Positions 8,446 through 17,615 of a stretch of DNA of 32,000 nt are shown here, one piece after another. The stretch is taken from the NCBI RefSeq assembly GCF_000145295.1, contig NC_014408.1:720001-752000 (forward strand). Direction: 5' to 3'. Positions within the stretch are counted from its first letter, which is position 1. Each line of letters starts with the position of its first letter. The stretch is from Methanothermobacter marburgensis str. Marburg. Its GTDB lineage: Archaea; Methanobacteriota; Methanobacteria; Methanobacteriales; Methanothermobacteraceae. The position numbers were made by a program, and so were the translations under genes. The notes under the pieces are model-generated. The model searched no databases. It had not been told where the DNA came from and saw only the letters and a list, made by a program, of their open reading frames with translations.

Positions 8446-10263
8446 ATGGGGTGTGAATGCAGCTCATGTTCCCCGGAGGAGGGGGATAAAGATATACGGA
8501 TCATCGCAGCATCAGGCGCGCTCCTCATATCAGGAATCATCCTCAGCTTCGCAGGTGGTTTGATCTCAGTCCCCTTTCTACTTGCCTCAGTGGCGGCTGC
8601 CGGCTACAGGATATTCCCACCAGCAATCAGATCAGTTCTGAGGGGACGCTTCACAGTGAACTTCCTCATACTCATAGCAGCCGCTGGGGCCATATTACTG
8701 GGTGACTACACAGAGGCGGCCCTTGTAACGGTTTTATATAACATCGCAGAGTACCTTGAGGAGTACGCCCACAGAAGATCCCACAGATCAGTGGAATCAC
8801 TCATAAAGCTCAGACCTCGAACCGCAAGGGTCCTTGGTGATGGGGAGAACATAATTAAGGTCGAAGAGGTTAGATCAGGGTCCATAATCGGTATAAAACC
8901 CGGCGAAACCATCCCACTCGACGGAACAGTCACCAGGGGCAGGTCAAAGGTGGACCAGTCAAATATAACAGGGGAATCCCTTCCCATAACTGTCCAGGAG
9001 GGCAGTGATGTATTTGCAGGTACCCGGAACCTTGACGGATACCTGGAGGTCAGGGTTACAAGGGAAGCAGATAACACGGTGCTTGCAGGTGTTATTGAAA
9101 CCGTTAAAAGGGCTGCCACCAGAAGGTCCCGCAGGGAGAGGTTCATAGAACGCTTCGCATCAGTCTACACTCCAGCTGTTATAGCCCTTGCGGTTCTAAC
9201 GGCAGCAGTCCCTATCATAATGGGTGGATCCATCGGGACATGGGTGTACAGGGCCCTTGTCCTTCTTGTAATCTCATGTCCATGCGCACTCCTCATATCG
9301 ACACCGGTTGCAATGGTCTCAGGGATGACCGCCGCTGCAAGAAGGGGTATACTCATCAAGGGCTCGGAGTTCCTGGAGGCCATGGCCTCGGTGAGAAACA
9401 TAATCTTCGATAAAACAGGAACCCTCACAGAGGGATCCCCCAGGGTCACCTCAGTTGAACCCGTCGAGAGGAAGGATGAGATTCTAAGGATTGCAGCCTC
9501 CCTTGAGAGGAGGTCAGGTCACCCCATCGCAGAGGCCATAGTGGACTCCTACCATGGAGAAACAGATGAGGTCAGTGAATTTGAGTCCATGCCAGGGAAG
9601 GGTGTTTCAGGCCACATCAACGGGGTGAAGTACACCATTGGAAGCCCTGAGCTTGTCGGTGCCAGCCCAGGTAAGGGGACCACAGTCTACCTTCAGGGGC
9701 CAGAGGGAATAGCAGGAAAGATAACCCTCTCAGATACCATCAGGGATTCAGCTAGTAGGACAATCTCAGAACTCAGGGATAGGGGACTTGAGATTATGAT
9801 GCTGACAGGGGACACCGAGGAGGTTGCAGCTGAGGTTGCAGGGGAGCTTGGAGTTGAAAACTACCAGGGAGGTCTCCTCCCTGAGGATAAGATGAAGGTT
9901 ATTGATGAGGTCAGAAAGAGGGGACCCGTTGCAATGGTGGGTGATGGTGTTAACGATGCACCGGCCCTTGCAGCTGCAGACGTGGGGATAGCAATGGGTG
10001 TCCGGGGATCGGATGTGGCACTTGAAACAGCCGATATAACCCTTGTGGAGGATGACCTTGAGAGGATAGATGAACTCATGGATCTAAGCCGGAGGACCAT
10101 CCGCACCGTGAGAATCAACACGGCTTTAACGGTTACAGTTAAACTATCCCTTGCAGTGCTCTCTGTCACAGGTTCCGTACCCCTGTGGGTAGCGGTTGCT
10201 GTGGGTGATATGGGCCTGTCGCTCTTTGTTATAGTGAACAGTCTGCTCATTGCAAGGTACTGA
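8446..10263 (+). CDS. P1B-type heavy-metal-translocating ATPase, Zn/Cd/Pb (P1B-2) signature
   Basis: Motifs DKTGTLT, TGD, GDGVNDAPAL, and the transmembrane SCPCALLISTP (CPCx4SxP). Also N(x)7K (NTALTVTVK) and GDMG (DxG) in the last helices, as in ZntA/CadA-type pumps. Start ATG 8446 is preferred, with AGGTGA 6 nt upstream. The N-terminus MGCECSSCS is Cys-rich and no HMA domain is present. Confidence 0.85.
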   Translation: MGCECSSCSPEEGDKDIRIIAASGALLISGIILSFAGGLISVPFLLASVAAAGYRIFPPAIRSVLRGRFTVNFLILIAAAGAILLGDYTEAALVTVLYNIAEYLEEYAHRRSHRSVESLIKLRPRTARVLGDGENIIKVEEVRSGSIIGIKPGETIPLDGTVTRGRSKVDQSNITGESLPITVQEGSDVFAGTRNLDGYLEVRVTREADNTVLAGVIETVKRAATRRSRRERFIERFASVYTPAVIALAVLTAAVPIIMGGSIGTWVYRALVLLVISCPCALLISTPVAMVSGMTAAARRGILIKGSEFLEAMASVRNIIFDKTGTLTEGSPRVTSVEPVERKDEILRIAASLERRSGHPIAEAIVDSYHGETDEVSEFESMPGKGVSGHINGVKYTIGSPELVGASPGKGTTVYLQGPEGIAGKITLSDTIRDSASRTISELRDRGLEIMMLTGDTEEVAAEVAGELGVENYQGGLLPEDKMKVIDEVRKRGPVAMVGDGVNDAPALAAADVGIAMGVRGSDVALETADITLVEDDLERIDELMDLSRRTIRTVRINTALTVTVKLSLAVLSVTGSVPLWVAVAVGDMGLSLFVIVNSLLIARY

Positions 10264-10310
10264 TGCTATTGAGAACCATTATTCTTAAATTTAGGACTCA
10301 ATTCATCACT

Positions 10311-10345
10311 AAAAAAAGAATAAAATAGTGGTTTAAAAACCACTA
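10311..10345 (-). terminator. Hairpin plus T-tract terminator for the minus-strand gene, in the convergent gap with the ATPase gene
   Basis: Perfect palindrome TAGTGGTTTAAAAACCACTA at 10326-10345 overlaps the TAG stop. On the minus strand it is followed by TTTTATTCTTTTTTT (10311-10325). Confidence 0.55.
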
Positions 10346-12076
10346 GAAGGGAAGACTTGCGTATATTCCCTTAATCTTTGCTGTAGCAGTGTTCCAGCTT
10401 GATACAGCGCCGAGACTGTTTCGTGAACTCGTGGCATCTGCAGCGTACCAGGTGTCACCCACAAGTACCTGGGCCCAGACATGGCCGTAGGTGTTACCTG
10501 AGGTGAAGGTGCATGTACCATGCACGTACCTGGCAGGTAACCCTGCAGCCCTGAAGAGGGCCACCAGGAGGTGTGAATGATCCACGCAGTTACCTGTCCT
10601 TGTTTTTAGCGTGCCAGTGGCACCGTATCTTGTGTTGTAGTAGAAGCTGTAGCTGATGCTGTCGCGTACCCACTTGAATATCGCTGTTGCCTTATCCCAT
10701 GCACTGGTGAGGCCTGAGGTTAGGCTGGCTGCCAGTGACCTGATTGCCGTGTCATTCACCTGGCAGTTTGCTGTTGCCGAAAGGTACCGGGAGGTGCCCT
10801 CACCGTTGTAGGGGTCATTCTCAGGTCTCTTCTTAAGCGATGATGATGGGGTTGTTGATGTAGCACTGATCTTCTTCACCGTGACGTAGTTGGGGAGTCT
10901 GCCACTATCAGCATGGAATGCAAGGATCCTTGAAACCGCGTATATGAGGTTATCAAAGGATATTCTGCCGATACTGGAACTCACATAGTTGGGTGCCCTG
11001 CCGTTACTGTTTATGAACTTCAGCACATTCTCTGCAAGTTCGATGTAGGCTGACTTTGAGAGCTGCCCCGTCGCTGACCCTGATGGGTTCGGCGCGGCTT
11101 TCACTGAACGCACTGTGAGTGAAGCTGATTTTCCTGCACTTTTAAGGAGGTCCTTTAACATCAGGTCAAGGAACTGTGCAACTGTCAGCTTCTGGCTTCC
11201 CACTGATACTGTTGATGGCAGCTTACCGTAGGTTTCTATGTACTTTTTGAGGTCAACTGCAGCGCTCTTAAGCGATGATGATGGGGTTGTTGATGTAGCA
11301 CTGATCTTCTTCACCGTGACGTAGTTGGGGAGTCTGCCACTATCAGCATGGAATGCAAGGATCCTTGAAACCGCGTATATGAGGTTATCAAAGGATATCC
11401 TGCCGATACTGGAACTCGCATAGTTGGGTGCCCTGCCGTTACTGTTTATGAACTTCAGCACATTCTCTGCGAGTTTGATGTAGGCTGACTTTGAGAGCTG
11501 CCCCGTCGCTGACCCTGATGGGTTCGGCGCGGCTTTCACTGAACGCACTGTAAGTGAAGCTGATTTTCCTGCAGTTTTAAGTAGGTCCTTGAGCATCAGG
11601 TCAAGGAACTGTGCAACTGTCAGCTTCTGGCTTCCCACTGATACTGTTGATGGCAGCTTACCGTAGGTTTCCATGTACTTTTTGAGGTCAACTGCAGCGC
11701 TAAGTGTGTTTGCATGGTTCACACCTGAATTATCACCTGCAGCCTGGAAATGGCTGCCTGAATTGCCACTGACGTTCGCCATGTCTGCATCTGCCACTAC
11801 AGGTTTATCTGTGGTGTTAGGTGTATACGCTTCTCTGTCCACTGAAACAGGGGGCTCGGTGTTATCTGCACTCAGATGATCGGCCCCGCTAGGCAATGTG
11901 CCGTCGCTGTCACTGTCCACCATGTCTTCACTGTAACTTTCATTTAAACTTGAACACTGATCCAGTGACTTCTCACATTCCACTTCACTCTCGAAAGCTG
12001 TATCATCAGCTGCCACTGCATATCCTGCCGTATTCATGAGGAGCATGCATGCAGTGAGCATGCACACCAGTCTCAT
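10343..12076 (-). CDS. Secreted protein with duplicated pseudomurein-binding-type repeats and a C-terminal transglutaminase-like cysteine peptidase core
   Basis: 577 aa. The N-terminal signal-like peptide is MRLVCMLTACMLLMNTAGYAVA. Two 145-aa units carry motifs such as AAVDLKKYxETYGKLPSTVSV...AQFLDLM and NVLKFINSNGRAPNY...ISFDNLIYAVSRILAF, which resemble the pseudomurein cell-wall binding repeat of PeiW/PeiP-type proteins. The C-terminus has TGNCVDHSHLLVALFRAAGLPARYVHG ... GHVWAQV ... WYAADAT, the Cys/His/Asp arrangement of the transglutaminase core. Confidence 0.8.
   Translation of the reverse strand: MRLVCMLTACMLLMNTAGYAVAADDTAFESEVECEKSLDQCSSLNESYSEDMVDSDSDGTLPSGADHLSADNTEPPVSVDREAYTPNTTDKPVVADADMANVSGNSGSHFQAAGDNSGVNHANTLSAAVDLKKYMETYGKLPSTVSVGSQKLTVAQFLDLMLKDLLKTAGKSASLTVRSVKAAPNPSGSATGQLSKSAYIKLAENVLKFINSNGRAPNYASSSIGRISFDNLIYAVSRILAFHADSGRLPNYVTVKKISATSTTPSSSLKSAAVDLKKYIETYGKLPSTVSVGSQKLTVAQFLDLMLKDLLKSAGKSASLTVRSVKAAPNPSGSATGQLSKSAYIELAENVLKFINSNGRAPNYVSSSIGRISFDNLIYAVSRILAFHADSGRLPNYVTVKKISATSTTPSSSLKKRPENDPYNGEGTSRYLSATANCQVNDTAIRSLAASLTSGLTSAWDKATAIFKWVRDSISYSFYYNTRYGATGTLKTRTGNCVDHSHLLVALFRAAGLPARYVHGTCTFTSGNTYGHVWAQVLVGDTWYAADATSSRNSLGAVSSWNTATAKIKGIYASLPF
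10832..11701. repeat. Tandem direct duplication, 2 x 435 bp, inside the CDS (unit 1 at 10832-11266, unit 2 at 11267-11701)
   Basis: Manual alignment of the two units gives about 10 mismatches in 435 bp with no indels. The period is 145 codons, so the frame is preserved. Confidence 0.9.
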
Positions 12077-12598
12077 GTTTACCGAAATTTTACCGCCTCC
12101 AATCCACAGTGCCTGGTAGGGTCACTGTGACATTAAAAACTTGAATTTAAGGTTATATATAAATATTTTGGTTTATTTGACCTAAAAGAGCCTTATATGA
12201 ACCTTTTAAATCAAAATAGGCTTTATGAAATCTTTTCATTTTCAGGATAGATGAATATGCTCTTTCCATCTCCAGAATGGGCTGAATGACAATTCCCAAT
12301 TCTTTATCCAGCTGAAAGGCACATATAGAACCCAATATTTCAGCCGGATTTTAATTGGATTCCATTTTAAGTATAGGGGCTCTCCAGAGGTGATTTAACA
12401 TGGTGTGGTGGCAGGCCCATATAATCCTCAAGGGGCACACTCAATTCAGGAGACATTAGAAAGGAGCTTGATGCTTTATAGGCCTATATAACGTCTTATA
12501 ACGGTTTAAAACGTATTCAAGGGCACAATAACAATCCTGAAGAACCGGAGTTAACTTTATCTACTGATCATCGAGTAATAGGTAAATGGTGATATTAT

Positions 12599-12991
12599 AT
12601 GATGAGTCGTGAGATGATGGATGCCATCGAAAAGGAACTCGTTTTTGTTGCAACCGCCGATGAGGAGGGCACACCAAACGTGGTCCCCATAGGATTCGCA
12701 AGGCCACTTGATGAGAGGACCATCCTCATTGCAGACAACTACATGAAGAAGACCATAAGAAACCTCCATGAAAACCCAAAGATGGCACTGATACCACAGA
12801 ACGCCAGGGAATGCCCCTACCAGTTCAAGGGAACAGTTGAAATCTTCAAATCAGGCAAATACTTTGACATGGTCGTTGAATGGGCCCAGAACGTCATGAC
12901 AGAACTTGAACCAAAATCCGCCATACTCATGACTGTTGAGGAAATATACTCAGTAAAGCCGGGACCAGAGGCCGGTGAAAAGGTGGCCTGA
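12599..12991 (+). CDS. Pyridoxamine-5-prime-phosphate-oxidase-like FMN-binding split-barrel protein
   Basis: 130 aa. The N-terminal pattern LVFVATADEEGTPNVVPIGF...ILIADNYMKKTxxNL is typical of small archaeal PNPOx-like flavoproteins. The family call rests on memory of the motif only. Confidence 0.55.
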   Translation: MMSREMMDAIEKELVFVATADEEGTPNVVPIGFARPLDERTILIADNYMKKTIRNLHENPKMALIPQNARECPYQFKGTVEIFKSGKYFDMVVEWAQNVMTELEPKSAILMTVEEIYSVKPGPEAGEKVA

Positions 12992-13010
12992 AGCCCCCAG
13001 AGTGACATGG

Positions 13011-14426
13011 ATGTGTGGTATAGCAGGGTTCAGGGGAGCGGGCGCCAGGGACAAGGTCGCCGCGATGCTCAGAACAATTGGACACAGGGGCCCCGATGCA
13101 AGAGGCCTCTACCATGACGGCAGGATCACCATAAAAACCAGTGAGGGGGAGGATGTGCTTGAGGCCCCTCCATCAGAGGACATTGCACTTGGCCACAACC
13201 TCCTCTCAATAGTGGGCGGACCCCAGCCGGTTGCAGGTGATGGTGTTCTGGTATTCAACGGTGAAATCTACAGTCATGACATCCCAGCTGGGGGCGATGC
13301 CCACCTCATACTGGACCTCATAGAGGGCCACGGCGGCGACCTTGAGGATGCAATCCGATCTGCAGTCAGTGAACTTGACGGGGACTACGCCTTCATCTAC
13401 ACCGATGGAAAGAACCTTGCGGCGGTGAGGGACCCTGTGGGTGTCAAGCCACTCTACCATTCAGGGGAGGCCTTTGCATCGGAGAGAAAGGCCCTGTGGA
13501 GTATAGGTCTGCGGAACGTGGAGAGTCTTCAACCTGGTCACGCCATTATAAATGGGAGGATGGTGAAGCTGCGGGGACTCCCCCAGCCCAGAAAATGCAC
13601 TGAGAGCCCCCATGAACTTAAAGGTCTCCTGAAATCTGCTATCAGGGAGGCGGTAAAAAAGAGGACCCGCGGACTCAACAAGGCAGCACTTGTATTCTCA
13701 GGTGGTGTGGACAGCACCCTCCTTGCGGTTCTCCTCAGCGAATACCTGGACATCACCCTCTACACCGTGGGCACGCATGGATCGGCGGATGTTGAATTCG
13801 CATCAAGGGCAGCAGAGGACCTTGGCATGGACCTCAATGTAATTGAGGTTACAGAGAAAACCGTGAGGAGTGCACTTCCCCACGTCCTCGGTGCGATTGA
13901 GGTGTACAGCCCCATGCAGATCGCCATTGCCATGCCCCTCTACCTTGCATCCAGGGAGGCGTCGGCTGCAGGTTTCAGGGTAATGTTTTCAGGGCAGGGA
14001 GCCGATGAGCTCTTCGCAGGATACCACCGCTACAGGAGGCTCCTTGAGGATGGAAACCTTGAAGAGGCGCTGAGGCATGATTTGGAGAACATCTACCATG
14101 TCAACCTTGAACGGGATGATGCTGTTACAATGGCAAACTCGGTGGAACTCAGGGTCCCCTTCCTTGGCCTGGAGGTTATAGAGTTAGCCCTCAGGGTCCC
14201 CACCTGCTTCAAGATAACTGGCCCCGATGATGAGATGAGAAAGCACATCCTCAGGGAGGTGGCTTCTGAGATGGGAGTCCCTGAGTACATTGCAAAGAGG
14301 CCCAAGAAGGCGGCCCAGTACGGTTCAGGGGTTGATCGGATACTTAGAAGGAGGGTGCTCCCTGGATTCGACCATGAGTCCTTCCTGAGGAGGCTTATGA
14401 ATGAAGGTGGTGTGGTTCAGAGATGA
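13011..14426 (+). CDS. Asparagine synthetase B-like glutamine amidotransferase (Ntn class II GATase plus PP-loop synthetase domain)
   Basis: MCGIAGF N-terminus (catalytic Cys2, so ATG 13011 rather than the track start 12975). PP-loop SGGVDS in ALVFSGGVDSTLLAVLL. GQGADELFAGY motif. Confidence 0.8.
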   Translation: MCGIAGFRGAGARDKVAAMLRTIGHRGPDARGLYHDGRITIKTSEGEDVLEAPPSEDIALGHNLLSIVGGPQPVAGDGVLVFNGEIYSHDIPAGGDAHLILDLIEGHGGDLEDAIRSAVSELDGDYAFIYTDGKNLAAVRDPVGVKPLYHSGEAFASERKALWSIGLRNVESLQPGHAIINGRMVKLRGLPQPRKCTESPHELKGLLKSAIREAVKKRTRGLNKAALVFSGGVDSTLLAVLLSEYLDITLYTVGTHGSADVEFASRAAEDLGMDLNVIEVTEKTVRSALPHVLGAIEVYSPMQIAIAMPLYLASREASAAGFRVMFSGQGADELFAGYHRYRRLLEDGNLEEALRHDLENIYHVNLERDDAVTMANSVELRVPFLGLEVIELALRVPTCFKITGPDDEMRKHILREVASEMGVPEYIAKRPKKAAQYGSGVDRILRRRVLPGFDHESFLRRLMNEGGVVQR

Positions 14427-14469
14427 TCCCATCATGGGTTCGCCTCTCTAAATTTGTCGTGTCTTGATC

Positions 14470-14483
14470 TAAGCATTTATATC
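14470..14483 (+). promoter_or_regulatory. Near-consensus archaeal TATA box (TTTATATC at 14476-14483) with a purine-rich BRE-like flank
   Basis: It lies about 70 nt upstream of the ATG at 14552, which has an AGGAGGA ribosome-binding site. It is the only strong TATA-like element in the 125-bp gap. Confidence 0.4.
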
Positions 14484-14551
14484 ACTGCACATCAATAGTA
14501 GACTCATATGTTCACATTCACGATTACCCATCACACTAGGAGGAATCCTGC

Positions 14552-14767
14552 ATGAAGATAGAGAAAGAGGCTGAGAAGATCCTCGAGGAATTCTCAAGGG
14601 CACTTGAAAACGTCCCTGAACTTGAGGAAACATATTACATCGTTGATAACCTTAACAGGACAAGTGAGGATGAGGTTGAGAAGACTGACCCTGAGAAGAT
14701 CCTCAGAAACGCCCCGGTGGATGAGGACGGCAACATAGTTGTTGAGAGGGGTGAATGGACCCAGTAG
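14552..14767 (+). CDS. gatC: Short GatC-like protein (Asp/Glu-tRNA amidotransferase subunit C-like)
   Basis: 71 aa. The C-terminal half, NRTSEDEVEKTDPEKILRNAPVDEDGNIVVERG, resembles the GatC consensus (ReDe...l.NAP..edg.f.VP). Strong RBS AGGAGGA. It is shorter than bacterial GatC, so the call is tentative. Confidence 0.5.
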   Translation: MKIEKEAEKILEEFSRALENVPELEETYYIVDNLNRTSEDEVEKTDPEKILRNAPVDEDGNIVVERGEWTQ

Positions 14768-15256
14768 GTGTTAAGGATGCGGTTAAACCTGGTGATTGAA
14801 CTCCGGGATGCCCCCGGCCAGCTTTTATCTGTACTGGAGCCTCTGGGAAGCTCCGGTGCCAATATAGTGACGGTTATACATGAGAGGGACCGTGAATACG
14901 GGCCTATGGTACCTGTACAGCTCACGGTGGAGGGTGACAGGGAAACCCTTGACGCGGCCATCAGCAAACTCCAGGAGCGGGGTGTTAACATAATCGAGAT
15001 GGACGGCGCCCCCCTCAGGGAGAAATTCACAAGCATACTCATAGGCGAAATCTCAGAGGGAGACCTCCATGAGGCTGTGGAGGCAATAAACAGCGTCAGA
15101 GGCGCCTCTGTATCTGACCTTTCACTCAGAATGTCCGGGGAAAGACAGTCAGCCAGGATAACCGTTGAGGCCGAACATGGAACCAGTGAAATGGTCCTTG
15201 AGAGGATCCAGGAGGCCGCCAGGAGACATGACCTCCTCCTCATAACAGAGGTCTAG
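14768..15256 (+). CDS. ACT-domain protein
   Basis: 162 aa. The N-terminal [33 protein letters not shown] is a typical ACT beta-alpha-beta start. It sits directly upstream of homoserine dehydrogenase. The start is GTG 14768 or ATG 14777. Confidence 0.65.
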   Translation: MLRMRLNLVIELRDAPGQLLSVLEPLGSSGANIVTVIHERDREYGPMVPVQLTVEGDRETLDAAISKLQERGVNIIEMDGAPLREKFTSILIGEISEGDLHEAVEAINSVRGASVSDLSLRMSGERQSARITVEAEHGTSEMVLERIQEAARRHDLLLITEV

Positions 15257-15258
15257 GG

Positions 15259-16284
15259 GTGATGAGAGTGAGGATATGTCTGGTTGGTCTTGGAGCGGTG
15301 GGTCAGGGATTCCTCAGGGCGGCACAGCTCAAGGGTGAATACCTCAAAAAAAGGTATGGTCTGGAGCTGACCTTCACCGGTGTTGCAGATTCTTCAGGGG
15401 CAATTCATGATGGAAACGGTCTTGATATAGCTGAAATCCTCAGACACAAGAGGGAGGAGGGTGTAGGCTCACACCCCAGTGGAGTTGAGGGTATGAGCGG
15501 CCTTGAACTCCTGGATGAGGTTGAATACGACTGCCTGGTTGAGGCAACCCCCACCAGCATAACGGATGGTGAACCCGGAAGGTCACTCCTCATTAAGGCC
15601 CTCGGGGATGGTAAACACGTTGTAACATCCAATAAGGGGCACCTGGCACTCTTCTACTCTGAACTCATGGAGCTATCCTCAGAGACCGGTGCAGAGCTCA
15701 TGTTCGAGGCATCTGTCGGTGGGGCCATGCCCATAATAAACCTTGCAAGGGAGACCCTCACATCCTGCAGCATAGAATCGGTTATAGGGATACTGAACGG
15801 CACCACAAACTTCATACTATCAAGGATGACCTCAGAGGGTTCATCATATGAACAGGCCCTCCTTGAGGCACAGGAGCTTGGTATAGCAGAGACCAACCCG
15901 GCGCAGGATGTTGAGGGTACAGACGCCGCATGCAAGGCAGTTATACTCGCCAATGCAATCCTCGGAAGGCCATGCACCCTCAGGGATGTCAGTGTGGAGG
16001 GTATCACAGGCATAACACAGGGGGCCATTGAACTGGCAGCCCAGGAGGGTTACCTCATAAAGCTCATCGCTGAAATATCAGATGATACACTGGAGGTGGG
16101 CCCGAGGCTCGTGAGGATGGGGTCCCCCTACGCTGTTGACGGGACACTCAACATGGCAACCCTCAGGACAGACCTTGCAGGTGAAGTTACAGTGGTTGGG
16201 AGGGGTGCCGGGTCCCTGGAGACAGCCTCGGCAATGCTAACAGACACACTCACCATATGGCGGCGGCACAGAGATAGCAGATAA
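15259..16284 (+). CDS. hom: Homoserine dehydrogenase
   Basis: N-terminal Rossmann motif VGLGAVGQG and the conserved [14 protein letters not shown] segment; ~340 aa. The start is GTG 15259 or ATG 15262. Confidence 0.85.
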   Translation: MMRVRICLVGLGAVGQGFLRAAQLKGEYLKKRYGLELTFTGVADSSGAIHDGNGLDIAEILRHKREEGVGSHPSGVEGMSGLELLDEVEYDCLVEATPTSITDGEPGRSLLIKALGDGKHVVTSNKGHLALFYSELMELSSETGAELMFEASVGGAMPIINLARETLTSCSIESVIGILNGTTNFILSRMTSEGSSYEQALLEAQELGIAETNPAQDVEGTDAACKAVILANAILGRPCTLRDVSVEGITGITQGAIELAAQEGYLIKLIAEISDDTLEVGPRLVRMGSPYAVDGTLNMATLRTDLAGEVTVVGRGAGSLETASAMLTDTLTIWRRHRDSR

Positions 16285-16353
16285 TATTTTAATGTTTTTT
16301 TAATCCCAGCAGTAATGATAATGGAATTACATTTTAATCTCACAGTGATTATC

Positions 16354-17535
16354 ATGAAGTATGTTATTCTTGTTGGAGATGGAATGGCAGATTATCCCCT
16401 TGATGAACTTGATGGCAGGACACCACTCCAGGTTGCGGATAAACCCAACATGGACCAGCTTGCAGAGAAAGGCGCATGCGGACTCCTCAGGACAGTACCA
16501 GAGGGCATGGAGGCGGGCTCAGATGTGGCTAACCTCAGCATAATGGGTTACAATCCCAGACGCTACTACACAGGAAGGGGGCCCCTTGAAGCTGCAAGTA
16601 TAGGTGTGGAGCTCTCCCCTGAGGACGCTGCATTCAGATGCAACCTGATAAATGCAGATGAGAGGATAGTGGACTTTAACGCTGACCACATTGAAACAGA
16701 TGATGCAGCAGAGCTCATAGATACCCTCAACACACACCTTGAAACCCCGGGAAGATTCTATCCCGGAGTGAGCTACAGGAACCTCTTTGTCATCACGGGA
16801 GCCGGTTATACCGATGTGCGAGTCGAACCCCCCCATGACATCGTGGGCGAACCCCTGGACCATCACCTTCCAGGGGGGTCACCTGAGGCAGACCATATAA
16901 GGGAGCTCATGCTCGGCTCAAGGGAGATACTTGAATCACACAGGGTCAACCATGAAAGGATTGCCAGGGGAAAGAGGCCAGCAAACATGATATGGCTCTG
17001 GGGCCAGGGCACCAGACCATCGATGGAACCATTCGCTGAGAAATATGGTCTGAAGGGCGCCACAATAACAGCCGTTGACCTGATAAAGGGCCTTGGTGTG
17101 TATGCGGGCCTCAAGAACATCCATGTCCCCGGCGCAACAGGCTACCTTGACACCGACTACAGGGCCAAGGGGAGGTACGCCGCAGCAGCCCTCGAGGAAT
17201 ACGACTTCCTCTTTGTCCATGTGGAGGCACCCGACGAGGCTGGACACGCAGGTGACGTTGAGGAGAAAATAAAGGCGATAGAGAACATAGACCACTTCGT
17301 ACTGGGAAGGATACTTGATGCTATGACAGAATACGATTGCAGGATATCCGTGCTCCCGGACCACCCGACACCCGTCGAGGTGAAAACCCATGTACCTGAC
17401 CCTGTACCCTGCATACTTGCAGGTGATGGTATTGAACCCGATGCTGTAAAATCATACGATGAATTTTCCGTCAGAGAGGGCTCACTGGGCCTTGAGGAGG
17501 GTCACAGACTCATAGAGGTAATGAAAACCCTCTAG
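16354..17535 (+). CDS. apgM: Archaeal-type cofactor-independent phosphoglycerate mutase
   Basis: MKYVILVGDGMADYP N-terminus and a metal-binding region FLFVHVEAPDEAGH...LPDHPTP, typical of the ApgM family. ATG 16354 is preferred over the track start 16315. Confidence 0.8.
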   Translation: MKYVILVGDGMADYPLDELDGRTPLQVADKPNMDQLAEKGACGLLRTVPEGMEAGSDVANLSIMGYNPRRYYTGRGPLEAASIGVELSPEDAAFRCNLINADERIVDFNADHIETDDAAELIDTLNTHLETPGRFYPGVSYRNLFVITGAGYTDVRVEPPHDIVGEPLDHHLPGGSPEADHIRELMLGSREILESHRVNHERIARGKRPANMIWLWGQGTRPSMEPFAEKYGLKGATITAVDLIKGLGVYAGLKNIHVPGATGYLDTDYRAKGRYAAAALEEYDFLFVHVEAPDEAGHAGDVEEKIKAIENIDHFVLGRILDAMTEYDCRISVLPDHPTPVEVKTHVPDPVPCILAGDGIEPDAVKSYDEFSVREGSLGLEEGHRLIEVMKTL

Positions 17536-17615
17536 GTTCTGGCTTCAGGGTACGAATTTTTAATACCTATGAGCCACATAGACTATTCCATTAATCTTAT
17601 TAAACCAATCAGGAG

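Noticed and set aside
8027-8467. 146-aa minus-strand ORF and 61-aa plus-strand ORF (8271-8456) spanning the CBS/ATPase gap
   Set aside because: They run through an oligo-T terminator, a TATA-like box and the palindromic operator candidate, and overlap the ends of well-supported genes. I saw no ribosome-binding site.
10832-11701. Interpretation of the 2 x 435 bp repeat as a mobile element or IS remnant
   Set aside because: The repeat is in-frame, encodes a recognisable wall-binding module, and has no terminal inverted repeats or transposase. It is a domain duplication.
12153-12335. 60-aa minus-strand ORF in the AT-rich gap
   Set aside because: It has Lys/Ile/Phe-biased composition driven by AT richness, with no RBS or motif. 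It more likely overlaps the promoter region of the wall-binding gene.
12975-13010. Upstream extension of the AsnB-like ORF
   Set aside because: Class II (Ntn) amidotransferases need Cys directly after the initiator Met. Only ATG 13011 gives MCGIAGF.
14635-15243. 202-aa minus-strand ORF
   Set aside because: It is fully antisense to the GatC-like and ACT-domain genes. It is Ser/Leu/Arg-rich with no motifs, so it is a shadow ORF.
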